Virus record (IMG/VR): IMGVR_UViG_3300046010_015054
Coordinates: 32,001-96,000 of that record
Strand: one strand, 5' to 3'
Length of the DNA stretch: 64,000 nucleotides
DNA from: a virus
The notes beneath the pieces were generated by a model. The model had not been told where the DNA came from. It saw nothing but the letters and a program-made list of their open reading frames with translations, and searched no databases. Every line of letters starts with the position of its first letter. The stretch's first letter is position 1. Positions 42,053 to 51,524 of this stretch are shown piece by piece. The position numbers and the translations under genes are program-made.

Positions 42053-43762
42053 CTACCCATCACAAGCAACACAATCTACAGTGCGAGATCCAAGATCTCC
42101 TTTAATTACTGAATCAGTGCGTAAGTAATAAAGTGTTTTGATTCCAAGCTTCCAAGCCTCCATATGTACCTGGTTAATCCATTTAGGTGAATCGGTTGGA
42201 TCAAATGAAAGATTAAGTGATTGGGTTTGGTCAAGATACTTTTGGCGAACTGCTGCTTGTTGAACTAAAGCTAACTGGTTAATTTCTGGGAAGGTTAAGA
42301 ATATTTCTTTTTCGTCTTCAGTTAGAATTTCATGAGATAAATTTTGTACTGAACCATTGTCAGCTAGAATTTGATCCCAAACTTTACTTACATTATGTCC
42401 TTTTTTCTTTAATAGTGCTTCAAGCTCAGGATTTTTAACAATAAAAGTTCCTTTGGCACCATTAAACACATAAACGTTTGCTGGTTGAGGTTCAATACCT
42501 GCTGAACAACTGCTAATACGAGAATTAGAAACTGTTGGTGCAATTGCTAGTAAGTGAGTATTTCTCATACCCGTACCTTTACACCAGAGTGGTTCACCAT
42601 ACTCTGTAGCCATTTTACGAGATGCGGCTTCTGCTTGTAATTTAATTTGGCTGAAAATAGTGTGAGTCCAAGCAGTAGAGGCAATTGAGTTAAATGGTAA
42701 ATTCTTTTGTTGTAAGAATGTATGCCATCCCATTACTCCTAAACCAAGTGCACGACCTTTTTTAGCATGTCTGTGTGAGCGAATCATAGATTCTTTACCA
42801 TTGGTTTTTTGGATGAATTCTTCCATTACACCATCAAGAAAATAGATTGCAGTTTCAACTACATCTGTATCTTTCCACTCATCATATTTAGCTAAGTTTA
42901 ATGAACTTAAACAACAAATAAATGAATGTTCTTCATCTGTGTGAAGTGTAATTTCAGTACAGATGTTAGTCATTGAAACATTTAAATTGTTCATTCTGTA
43001 TGCTAGTGGGTTGTCTTTATTGACATTATCACTAAACATAATGTAGGGTTCACCGGTTTCTACGCGTGATTTAAGTATTTCTAACCACAATGACATAGCC
43101 TCGCTGTCGCGATCATTTAAGCGCTTCATAAACGCATCATCAACAACTACACACTGATGTAGGTTAAGGCATTGTCTATTTGGGTCTCCTTTAGGTCTGC
43201 GAATCTGAAGAAACTCATGAATGTCTTTATGGCTGATATCTAAGTTTACGGATGCAGCTCCTCGTCTAACAGAACCTTGGTTAGTGGCAATGATAGTGGA
43301 GTCATAGATTTTAGCCCATGGTACAACTCCTTCTGACTTTCCATTTCCTGTGATATGAGCACCTCTTGGTCGAATGCGGCTAAGCGAGATTCCAACTCCT
43401 CCGCCGTAGGAAGTAAGGCGCATAAGTTCAGCGTTAGTAAGTCCAATTCCACGAACACTATCGGGCGTATCAATTCCAAAACAAGAGATAGGCAAACCAC
43501 GATCAGTACCGGTATTGCTAAGAACAGGGCTGGCAAGACCAATCCATCCATTCCAAATGTATTTAAAAAATTTATTTTCTAAGTCAGGACGATTTAAACG
43601 CATCGCCACAGCGTGTGCTACTCTTCTGTAAGCTTTTTTGGGTGTTTCACCTGGGAGTAAATAACCTTTTGAAATGGTACTGAGTGCTACCTCATCCATG
43701 TACTCAGGGTAGTCTTTCCCTTTTTCCCAAATAGAAAAATCTGCTACTAAATTATTATCCAT
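42053..43762 (-). CDS. nrdA: class I ribonucleotide reductase alpha subunit (short, no ATP cone)
   Basis: SCF, GGGVG, RRGA, TNICTEI, APTVS, KTLYY, C-terminal CVAC. Confidence 0.95.
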   Translation of the reverse strand: MDNNLVADFSIWEKGKDYPEYMDEVALSTISKGYLLPGETPKKAYRRVAHAVAMRLNRPDLENKFFKYIWNGWIGLASPVLSNTGTDRGLPISCFGIDTPDSVRGIGLTNAELMRLTSYGGGVGISLSRIRPRGAHITGNGKSEGVVPWAKIYDSTIIATNQGSVRRGAASVNLDISHKDIHEFLQIRRPKGDPNRQCLNLHQCVVVDDAFMKRLNDRDSEAMSLWLEILKSRVETGEPYIMFSDNVNKDNPLAYRMNNLNVSMTNICTEITLHTDEEHSFICCLSSLNLAKYDEWKDTDVVETAIYFLDGVMEEFIQKTNGKESMIRSHRHAKKGRALGLGVMGWHTFLQQKNLPFNSIASTAWTHTIFSQIKLQAEAASRKMATEYGEPLWCKGTGMRNTHLLAIAPTVSNSRISSCSAGIEPQPANVYVFNGAKGTFIVKNPELEALLKKKGHNVSKVWDQILADNGSVQNLSHEILTEDEKEIFLTFPEINQLALVQQAAVRQKYLDQTQSLNLSFDPTDSPKWINQVHMEAWKLGIKTLYYLRTDSVIKGDLGSRTVDCVACDG

Positions 43763-43763
43763 T

Positions 43764-44360
43764 TTATTTTATTACGTTTCTACAATTACACTTATAATCA
43801 TTTAATTCTTTTGATACAGGTGCTACATTTTTAAAATAATAACACTCTTTGCGATTTCCAATCTTAAGTTCCTTATAATATCCTTTAGGGATAGCAGCAT
43901 TTGTAGGAACTCGAGCTGGTGTTTTATCATATTCTATTCGAATAAACACTTGAACTTGAGCTGTTTTTGCTTGTTCACGTTCATATATTTCTAACTTTTT
44001 CCAAACACCACGATTTAGACTTTGTTGTTGAAGGCTAGAATTGACATAAGTAAAAGTAGCGTATAGCATATCGCGATCACAATTAAGAGATGCCGCGGGA
44101 GCCATGTGTCCTTTGTCCCATTCATTTTCTTCATAGTCTTTATTATCTGATGTTTTAAGTCCTTTTTCAGTATAAAAATCCATTCCAGTACGAGATGCAG
44201 TACCATTTGGGCAAGCTACAGAGTATCTTACTGAACGAGGTCCTTCTAGTACTTCTGAATAGTTAATTATAAAGTAAGGGGTGTTCCAATATACACTATC
44301 TTTTAGTTGGGCTAAAAGAGTAAGTGGGAATAAAAGAGTAATTAAAAAATACTTTTTCAT
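43764..44360 (-). CDS. secreted DNA/RNA non-specific endonuclease (NucA/His-Me finger)
   Basis: Signal MKKYFLITLLFPLTLLA|Q; DKGHMAP; N-x3-Q-x3-LNRGVW-x2-LE; IPKGYYK. Track start 44384, likely start 44360. Confidence 0.85.
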   Translation of the reverse strand: MKKYFLITLLFPLTLLAQLKDSVYWNTPYFIINYSEVLEGPRSVRYSVACPNGTASRTGMDFYTEKGLKTSDNKDYEENEWDKGHMAPAASLNCDRDMLYATFTYVNSSLQQQSLNRGVWKKLEIYEREQAKTAQVQVFIRIEYDKTPARVPTNAAIPKGYYKELKIGNRKECYYFKNVAPVSKELNDYKCNCRNVIK

Positions 44361-44404
44361 TTTAATGCGATTGAATAGTTTCAAAAAATGCTCTAATAAA
44401 TTTT

Positions 44405-45391
44405 TTAAAAAATGCTTTCATCCCACTGCATGTGTCCTTTAGAATAATTAGTAACACGACTAGCAAAGAAATCAGTGTGTTGTTTACCCGCAGATAAAGC
44501 ATCAAACCATTTCATACGTTCAACCGCTGTCATATCAATATTTGAAACGATTGGATTATAACCAAGATCACCAAGTTTGGTATTAACACGATTTTTGATA
44601 AAATTTTGAAGATCGTATTTTGAACATCCTTCAAGATCACCTAACTCATATACCTTATCAATAAAATCAAGTTCGAGTTTAAGAGATAATAAAGCTGCTT
44701 CATTAATTGCTGCTTCTAGTTCTTTTGTTTTGAGTTTTGGATTTTCTTTAATAAGAGTTCTAAATAACCAACATCCTGCTTCTGAGTGGAGAGACTCGTC
44801 TCTAATAGACCATTCAACAATTTGACCCACTCCCTTAAGCTTGTTTCGCATTTTAAAAGAGAGTAGTATGGCGAATGAAGAGAATAAGTTAACGCCCTCG
44901 GTAAAGGCTGAGAATATAGCCAATGATTTGGCAATTTCGTGGAAATCTTTTTCGCCATTAAAACTATCCCTAACAAGCATAAGATTTTCAATTTTAGCCA
45001 TCGTAGTTTCATCTTCGAGAAACTCTGAAAAATTATCAAGTCCGAGTGTTTCATTTAATAAAGAATAAGCTTCAGCGTGAATTGTTTCAAAAGCGCCAAA
45101 TGTTGTAGCCATCATAATAACTTCTGGTTTTCTAAACCATTTAGTTACTAACCCTGACCAATAATCATTTACAATAGTTTCTGTTTGGGCAAAACCTTTT
45201 AAGATAGAACCAATAATATTTTTTTCAGATTCATTAAGATTAGAGTTCCAGTCATTCAAATCAGACATCATTGGAACTTCAGTATGTAACCAGTGTGCCT
45301 GTTGTTGTTTAAGCCAATAATCATATGCTTCCGGATATTCGAAAGGTTTGTAGATAATTCTCTCATGCAACAGATTTGATTTCTTTGCCAT
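44405..45391 (-). CDS. nrdB: class I ribonucleotide reductase beta subunit
   Basis: ETIHAEAY (radical Tyr), EGVNLFSSF, RDESLH, DFF-x4-NY. Confidence 0.95.
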   Translation of the reverse strand: MAKKSNLLHERIIYKPFEYPEAYDYWLKQQQAHWLHTEVPMMSDLNDWNSNLNESEKNIIGSILKGFAQTETIVNDYWSGLVTKWFRKPEVIMMATTFGAFETIHAEAYSLLNETLGLDNFSEFLEDETTMAKIENLMLVRDSFNGEKDFHEIAKSLAIFSAFTEGVNLFSSFAILLSFKMRNKLKGVGQIVEWSIRDESLHSEAGCWLFRTLIKENPKLKTKELEAAINEAALLSLKLELDFIDKVYELGDLEGCSKYDLQNFIKNRVNTKLGDLGYNPIVSNIDMTAVERMKWFDALSAGKQHTDFFASRVTNYSKGHMQWDESIF

Positions 45392-45412
45392 AGTATTAGT
45401 TTTTTTAATAAA

Positions 45413-46768
45413 TTAGTTTATCTTGAGTAAAAAATCACTTATTTTACTCTTGTCGTCACTTGAAAATGAATCAAAACTTGTATTTTGTGTAGGACTTGGT
45501 GTGCTGTATGAATCAAGATCTGAAGATATTTCAAAGAATCCGGTAGAGGTATCAATTTTTGCCCCATATGTCAGGCCATCTATTCCATATCTATTTTTCA
45601 TAATGTGAAATCTACCTGTTCCATTTACTTTATCTTCTTTTTTTCTTGATAATGAAGCTGCGAAGTCAGTAATCATCATCTTATCATAGGAGCCAGCAGC
45701 CTTATCCCCCTCAATGATGTCATCCTTTGAACCTGCTCGGTTTACTTGTGATACACTCCATATTGGGAGATTAAGCTCTCTAGCTAATCCTTTTGTGCCA
45801 ACATAAATATCATCTATCTCTTCCTTACGTTCTTTACTATTACGTTTTGAACGAAGAAGGTCTACATAGTCAACAAGAATTAAATCTGGTTGGAATTCTA
45901 AATCAATACATTTTTTAATGTGTGATTCAAGAGTCGATATAGTTGCCTTACCTGTTGGAAATTCTTTAATAATTAATCGACCTGGGATTTGCTCAACAAC
46001 GTCTGAAACTTCTTTTTTATATTGAGTAATTTTATTAACTGGGATTTGGGTAAAGTAAGCGTCATAACGACGGCCTACATAATCTTCACCTAATTCAAGA
46101 GTGTAGTGGATTACATTAAAACCCATTTTAACAGCATGACCTCCTAGAGCAACTAATGCCCAAGATTTACCACCACCAGGGTTACCAAAAATAAGACCAA
46201 AATCACCACCACCTAAACCACCTTGAAGTAGTTCATTAAATTCTCCCCAAGGTGTGGGTACTGCAATTCTATGTTCTTCTCTGTATCGAGATTCAATATC
46301 TTTAGAGTATTCGTGACCTACATTTTTATCTTGACCGGCTTTCATAGCAGATTCAATCATAAATTTAATTGAATCATAATCACCGGCTTGTAGTAAGTCA
46401 ACAGATTGAAGTAAGGCTTTTTTCAACATCTGGTTTTTACAGAAAGTTGAAAATTCTTCTTCAATATAAGCTAAATCATCATTTAATGATTTGTATGCTT
46501 CTTTTAATTGTTCTTTAATAGAAATTTGGAGTACTTCATTTTGAACTTTTTTAAGTTCTACTTTTAGTACTTCCATTGTTGGAGTTGTGTGATACTTTTC
46601 ATAATACTTAAGTATCTCTTTTACAACCCATTTATGTGCTTGATTATCGAAATAATCTTCACTTAAAATATCATGAATGTTTATTAAAAACTCTTTATGA
46701 TTTAAAAGTGAAGCTAAAACCTTTATCTGAAAACCTGGACCATATGAATTTAAATTACTCAGAGTCAT
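45413..46768 (-). CDS. DnaB-family replicative helicase (T4 gp41-like)
   Basis: GNPGGGKS Walker A, YTLEL, IIKEFPT, VDYVDL, SQVNR, KNRYG. Confidence 0.92.
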   Translation of the reverse strand: MTLSNLNSYGPGFQIKVLASLLNHKEFLINIHDILSEDYFDNQAHKWVVKEILKYYEKYHTTPTMEVLKVELKKVQNEVLQISIKEQLKEAYKSLNDDLAYIEEEFSTFCKNQMLKKALLQSVDLLQAGDYDSIKFMIESAMKAGQDKNVGHEYSKDIESRYREEHRIAVPTPWGEFNELLQGGLGGGDFGLIFGNPGGGKSWALVALGGHAVKMGFNVIHYTLELGEDYVGRRYDAYFTQIPVNKITQYKKEVSDVVEQIPGRLIIKEFPTGKATISTLESHIKKCIDLEFQPDLILVDYVDLLRSKRNSKERKEEIDDIYVGTKGLARELNLPIWSVSQVNRAGSKDDIIEGDKAAGSYDKMMITDFAASLSRKKEDKVNGTGRFHIMKNRYGIDGLTYGAKIDTSTGFFEISSDLDSYSTPSPTQNTSFDSFSSDDKSKISDFLLKIN

Positions 46769-46769
46769 T

Positions 46770-47843
46770 TTATTCGCTTATAATATCTTTAAAATTGCTT
46801 GTTAACCAATATTCAATGTTTTTAATTAAATGTCTTAAACCATCTTCATGGTAAAACTTTAAAAAAGCATTTTCATTCAATTTTGGTGTTTTATCTTTTA
46901 TTAAATTATCCAAAAAACATTTTTCTTTATCATCTAACATTGGATTAGCTAAATCCATTATTGTATAATTTTTTTCTAATTCATCTATACTTTGTATTAC
47001 ACGAGCATAAGTTACATGTTCTTTAAACTTATTTTCACAAATACTAAAGATGCCATCTAAATCTAATTCTTTTTCAGCTAATTCAGGAAATTTTTTTAGG
47101 ATACCTTTTTCACCTAAACCTTTAATTCCTTTAATCATATCTGAACTATCTCCCAATAATGTTTTATATAATATAAAATTCTTTGCGGGGATTCCAAATT
47201 TTTCTTTAATTGTTTCTTGAGTATAATAATCTTTTTCTATTGGTCTGTAAACAATAATGTTTTCAGTTACTAATTGAATAAAATCTTTATCACTAGAAAC
47301 AATAAAAACTTTAGAATTATATTTAGATTCTAATTTTTTAGATAAATGAGCAATGATATCATCTGCCTCGACTTTGGGCAGGGATACTACTTTAACAGGT
47401 AAACATTTTAAATAATGAATTAATCTTACAATTTGGTTTATTTTTGCTTCGTTTTCTTCTTCTAAACTATTAAAAACTTGCCAATTTGTAATTCGTCTAA
47501 TATTTCTATTAGATTTATAATCAGAATTTATATTTTTTCTGTTAGTAGCAGATCCCTGCCCGTCAAAAACAATATATATAGAAGTTGGCTGAATTTGATT
47601 TATTAAAGTTCCTAAAGAACGAATAAAACCCCCAAGACCTCCTACGTGAAGACCTTCTTCATTAACAAAATTTAACATTGCAAAGTTTCTAAAAAATAGA
47701 TTTAAACCATCTATCAAAAGAACTCTATCGTGCTTTTTAGGGAGTACTATTTCATTCTCCTCATCTAAATTGCTGAGGAGTTTTAATAAATCTTCTTTAT
47801 TCATCTTATTCTGGTTCCTGAGAGAATTCTTGTGTTGGTTCAA
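46770..47843 (-). CDS. 5'-3' exonuclease/flap endonuclease (T4 RNase H-like)
   Basis: LIDGLN, VFDG, YKSNR, EADD, SSDKDFIQL, GDSSD, GIKGLGEK; likely start MNKEDL near 47804. Confidence 0.92.
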   Translation of the reverse strand: MNQHKNSLRNQNKMNKEDLLKLLSNLDEENEIVLPKKHDRVLLIDGLNLFFRNFAMLNFVNEEGLHVGGLGGFIRSLGTLINQIQPTSIYIVFDGQGSATNRKNINSDYKSNRNIRRITNWQVFNSLEEENEAKINQIVRLIHYLKCLPVKVVSLPKVEADDIIAHLSKKLESKYNSKVFIVSSDKDFIQLVTENIIVYRPIEKDYYTQETIKEKFGIPAKNFILYKTLLGDSSDMIKGIKGLGEKGILKKFPELAEKELDLDGIFSICENKFKEHVTYARVIQSIDELEKNYTIMDLANPMLDDKEKCFLDNLIKDKTPKLNENAFLKFYHEDGLRHLIKNIEYWLTSNFKDIISE

Positions 47844-48891
47844 AGTTGTCTAATTCTTCTACAACTTCAAAATCACCACCACCTAGAATTTTACTCCACT
47901 CTTTTGCGTGAGCATCCTTATAAGATTTTAATGCCTTATCACTATCATCAATAAAACCATGAGGAGTCATAATAATATTACCACGAGTAGTAATACCATT
48001 AATGTGGTTTTTATCAATTTGGATTTTAGTGCGTTTTGCAAATTCAACCTGCTTACCATCCTTAATTGCTTTAATTTTGGAGGTACCAGCATTAGAAACA
48101 TTACCAAACGTTACAACAAACGTGGCATCAAACCACATTGCGAAACCACCTTTGTTCATCAGTTTAGGTTGACTCATAGGTGTTTCAGCTTTTGCTGTCC
48201 ATACCTTATTGATACAAACTAATGTGTTAGTATGTTTAGATGATTCTTTACGAGATAATGTAATTTGTTGATTTACACCATTACCAAATTGAGTTGACAT
48301 CGCTCCTGCGTTCCATTCGTTGTTATTTTTATTAGAACGTACAGACAATTCACAAGGTACAGAACCAATTGAATCCCACAAGAACATTAAATCATAAGGT
48401 AGATTACCTTTTTTCTGCTCATCAAGTAAATCAAGAATAAATGCTGCTACGTCTTCAATTGTGTGAATAGTTTCGCGGTCAGCATATAAGAAAAATCCTT
48501 TATAATCTAGAATTTCTCCAGTTTCTTCATCTACTACCTCTTCGATTTGCAGACCCATTTGAGTAGCGTGTTCCCAACTCCATTTCATCTCGGTAATAAT
48601 GAATACTGGTAGAATACCTGCTTTTTGGGCATTAACTGCTGCTTCAATCAAAGCAGTAGTTTTACCAGTATCACTATGACCTCTCAAGAGAACAATGTGT
48701 CCGGTAGGAATACCGGGCACACTTGTTACTTCTTGATAAGCATTAGATAAAGGTACCCATTGTTGGGATTTAAATTTGACATTACCAAGTAAACCTTTTT
48801 TATTCTTAAATTTATCTAAGTCAAAATTTGCTTGGATTTCTGCCGTTACCGCAGCCGACAACGACTGGGTTGGTTTTTTACCTCTTGCCAT
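47806..48891 (-). CDS. RecA/UvsX-like recombinase
   Basis: GIPTG, GHSDTGKTT, ITE, WDSIGS, KGG, KNH. Confidence 0.88.
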   Translation of the reverse strand: MARGKKPTQSLSAAVTAEIQANFDLDKFKNKKGLLGNVKFKSQQWVPLSNAYQEVTSVPGIPTGHIVLLRGHSDTGKTTALIEAAVNAQKAGILPVFIITEMKWSWEHATQMGLQIEEVVDEETGEILDYKGFFLYADRETIHTIEDVAAFILDLLDEQKKGNLPYDLMFLWDSIGSVPCELSVRSNKNNNEWNAGAMSTQFGNGVNQQITLSRKESSKHTNTLVCINKVWTAKAETPMSQPKLMNKGGFAMWFDATFVVTFGNVSNAGTSKIKAIKDGKQVEFAKRTKIQIDKNHINGITTRGNIIMTPHGFIDDSDKALKSYKDAHAKEWSKILGGGDFEVVEELDNFEPTQEFSQEPE

Positions 48892-48894
48892 GTA

Positions 48895-49725
48895 TTATTC
48901 TAGATCAAAGGGAAGATCACTTTCAAACATCTGGTCAAACTTATCAGCTTTACTTTGTTTAATAGTTTTAGCTGAAGTGTTTAAACTATAATTTGTTTTA
49001 GGTGCTTCTTCTACTTCTGGTTCCTTTTCGTTATCAATGATATCACCTTCTTCAGCAGCATCTTCAGGTACGAGGAATTTAACAAGAGATTGTTTCATTT
49101 CTTCGTAAGACCACTTTTTGAAGACTTCTTCTGGGTTAGGTTGGGTATCTAACCATTGCTTAACTTCAGCAGCATCTTCAGATAATAGAGTTTGTTTAGT
49201 TTTAACTCTGATTGAAGATTTATTGTAGTTAGTACCGGTTACTTCGGGCCCAACAGTGTCAACTGTAAAATCACGACCTTCAGCTACGTCAGTGTAATCA
49301 CCAATATCATCATCATCAGCAATTGACATAAGTTCAAGGTACATTTCTTTACCAAACTGCCATAGACGTACTCCTTTATCTTCTTCTCCACGTACAACTA
49401 CAGGAGCAAAAACTCGCATTTTGGGATCAAGTTTTTTAGCTAAGCGCCAATTTTCTTTATCACTAGTTTGGCGTAGTTGTTTTGCTGTTTCAGCAATTGG
49501 GTCTTTGTCTCCAAAATTAAGAGGTGAAATCATTACTGGGCGATCGATGCCGTAGTAAAATAGAAGTTCTTTAAAAGGAGAATTAGGATTGTACTTTGAA
49601 GGTACAATACGAATTTGAACTTTGCCTACAGGTGGTTTCCAGAATAGATCTTTATTCCCACCCTTACTCTGTTCGGGTTTTTGCTGCATCGCAGCCATTT
49701 TTTGTTTGATGAAATTTAAATCCAT
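48895..49725 (-). CDS. single-stranded DNA-binding protein (gp32-like)
   Basis: FWKP, IRIVP, DPI, LWQFGK, GRDF, acidic tail ending DLPFDLE. Confidence 0.85.
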   Translation of the reverse strand: MDLNFIKQKMAAMQQKPEQSKGGNKDLFWKPPVGKVQIRIVPSKYNPNSPFKELLFYYGIDRPVMISPLNFGDKDPIAETAKQLRQTSDKENWRLAKKLDPKMRVFAPVVVRGEEDKGVRLWQFGKEMYLELMSIADDDDIGDYTDVAEGRDFTVDTVGPEVTGTNYNKSSIRVKTKQTLLSEDAAEVKQWLDTQPNPEEVFKKWSYEEMKQSLVKFLVPEDAAEEGDIIDNEKEPEVEEAPKTNYSLNTSAKTIKQSKADKFDQMFESDLPFDLE

Positions 49726-49750
49726 AGTATGTAACTAATTAATTTGTAAC

Positions 49751-49781
49751 CAAATATACAAAACTTTTTTTAAACTGCCAA
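49751..49781 (-). promoter_or_regulatory. Bacteroidota-type promoter, consensus match
   Basis: TTG-N20-TATATTTG (TAnnTTTG -7 box) upstream of the SSB gene. Confidence 0.75.
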
Positions 49782-49782
49782 G

Positions 49783-50238
49783 TTAAAGTTCAATAATTTT
49801 ATAAATTTTTGTTCTTAACAGTCTTAACTCATTTTGTTGAGTTAAAAGTATGGTATTTTTATAGTGTTTCCAATCTATCTTATAACGAGGGTCAACTACT
49901 CCACCATTTAACTTTTTGATTAACTCATTAAGAGCATTAATTGTGTATAAAGTATTTGTTTCCTTTTTTCTATGAACTAATATAGTATTTAAAGGTATAC
50001 CAGCCAAATTAGCTAAATCAATATTATAAGTGATAACGTATTCATTATTGTCTTTTACTTCTAAGACAAAAATTTTATTATACAAAATGGAATACTTATA
50101 AGATAAGTCTGCTATAATATCATCTACGAGATGCTCCTGAGTAAAGGTGCAAAATAACTTATTATTCAAATCTATGGCTTTAAAATTAGTCTCACCATAA
50201 ATATCGTATTGCATATCAAAAATTGTAGCTAGTTCCAT
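49783..50238 (-). CDS. conserved-looking hypothetical protein
   Basis: LFCTF, VHRKKETNTLYTINALN motif; coupled to the PolA-like gene. Confidence 0.6.
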   Translation of the reverse strand: MELATIFDMQYDIYGETNFKAIDLNNKLFCTFTQEHLVDDIIADLSYKYSILYNKIFVLEVKDNNEYVITYNIDLANLAGIPLNTILVHRKKETNTLYTINALNELIKKLNGGVVDPRYKIDWKHYKNTILLTQQNELRLLRTKIYKIIEL

Positions 50239-51469
50239 TTTTTATTTTATAACTTAAGTTTTGTTTGATAATTATCTTACCGATTGCGCTTAATTCATCT
50301 TTTTCATTAGGATCAAAATCAAATAAAAAAGAATCATAAGTGTATAAGACAAGCTTTGTATTTTTTCCTTTTAAAATTCTAAAAAATTCCCACATTAAAT
50401 TAATATTATTGGAAGTTTCTAGATTTTGAATTACATAATTTAATAATTTTTGAGGATTCATATTTTCGAGTTTATCCTTATAAAATTTAAAACCCGAAAT
50501 AGGGCATTCAACATACCCCATATGTTGAAATGTATCCCATAAATTATCTATGTATATTATTATCTTTTTAAAAAATTCAAGATTTTGATATTGAGGTAGA
50601 ACCCCCCCGTATAATTGTTGTAGAGTTAATATTTTGGCTTCCTGCCTATCACATCTATAAACTTGTGCAAGATGACTATAAATGTCCTCACTATTAAAAT
50701 CATACCTAACTGCATGAGCCAAAAGAGTAGGATGATAAGCGCTAATGTCGAACTCAACAAATAAAGAATTCCTTGGGATAAAAGCTTCCCTACACCCATT
50801 TTCTTTGTTAAGTGCTGCATAATTTATTCCATTAAATGTGTTTGACGGGCGTGTTGTAAGTGTTTTAAAATTATACTTTGTAAAAACATAGGGTTCCGTT
50901 GTTTTGTGAAAATATTGATTATATAAATCTATATTAACGTGTAACCCGCTTTTTTCTATACCACAGAACACCCAACTAGCTTTTAAATTATAAAATTCAT
51001 TTACTGGGTTATCTATTAAATGTTCTAATTCTTCAAATAGTGCTTCGCAATATTCGTAATGTTTTACAATAGGTATAATTGTATTTACATCTGCTCTATG
51101 TTTATGTTTATCATAGATAAACTCATGAGCTGTTGTGTACTTTACCTCTATTTGATTAGGGAATGTTATGTCAAAACTTTGATTTAAAGGAAAATAGTGT
51201 AAAAATTCCTTTTTATCTTTAACATATATTTTTTCTAAACTCTTAATTAGTAAAAATACATCATCTTCAAATAACACACTAGATTCAGTGTGATAAATTG
51301 GAAGTAAATAACCCTTATAATCGTTTAAAGGACGAATATAAAGGGCGCAAATTGAATTTTGCGCCGGGTGTATAAAAGGATTATAGGGTATGATCTCAAT
51401 AAAAGCCTCTTTGCCGAGATTCTTTTTAAATTCCTTAAATTGTTCTTGAGATTCAACTAACCAAAACAT
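50216..51469 (-). CDS. divergent, compact family A DNA polymerase-like protein
   Basis: TTRPSN (TGRLSS-equivalent), motif A FDISAYHP, motif B RQEAK-x7-YG, NYVIQ, motif C TYDSFLFD. Confidence 0.75.
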   Translation of the reverse strand: MFWLVESQEQFKEFKKNLGKEAFIEIIPYNPFIHPAQNSICALYIRPLNDYKGYLLPIYHTESSVLFEDDVFLLIKSLEKIYVKDKKEFLHYFPLNQSFDITFPNQIEVKYTTAHEFIYDKHKHRADVNTIIPIVKHYEYCEALFEELEHLIDNPVNEFYNLKASWVFCGIEKSGLHVNIDLYNQYFHKTTEPYVFTKYNFKTLTTRPSNTFNGINYAALNKENGCREAFIPRNSLFVEFDISAYHPTLLAHAVRYDFNSEDIYSHLAQVYRCDRQEAKILTLQQLYGGVLPQYQNLEFFKKIIIYIDNLWDTFQHMGYVECPISGFKFYKDKLENMNPQKLLNYVIQNLETSNNINLMWEFFRILKGKNTKLVLYTYDSFLFDFDPNEKDELSAIGKIIIKQNLSYKIKNGTSYNF

Positions 51470-51492
51470 CTATATCATAACCTTTAGAGATA

Positions 51493-51524
51493 TAAAGATA
51501 TGACAAGAATTTTAATTAACCAAA
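51493..51524 (-). promoter_or_regulatory. Bacteroidota-type promoter
   Basis: TTTG-N20-TATCTTTA upstream of the PolA-like gene. Confidence 0.65.

Noticed and set aside
43764-44384. Homing endonuclease in the nrd operon
   Set aside because: It has a signal peptide and NucA-type non-specific nuclease motifs, with no DNA-recognition domain
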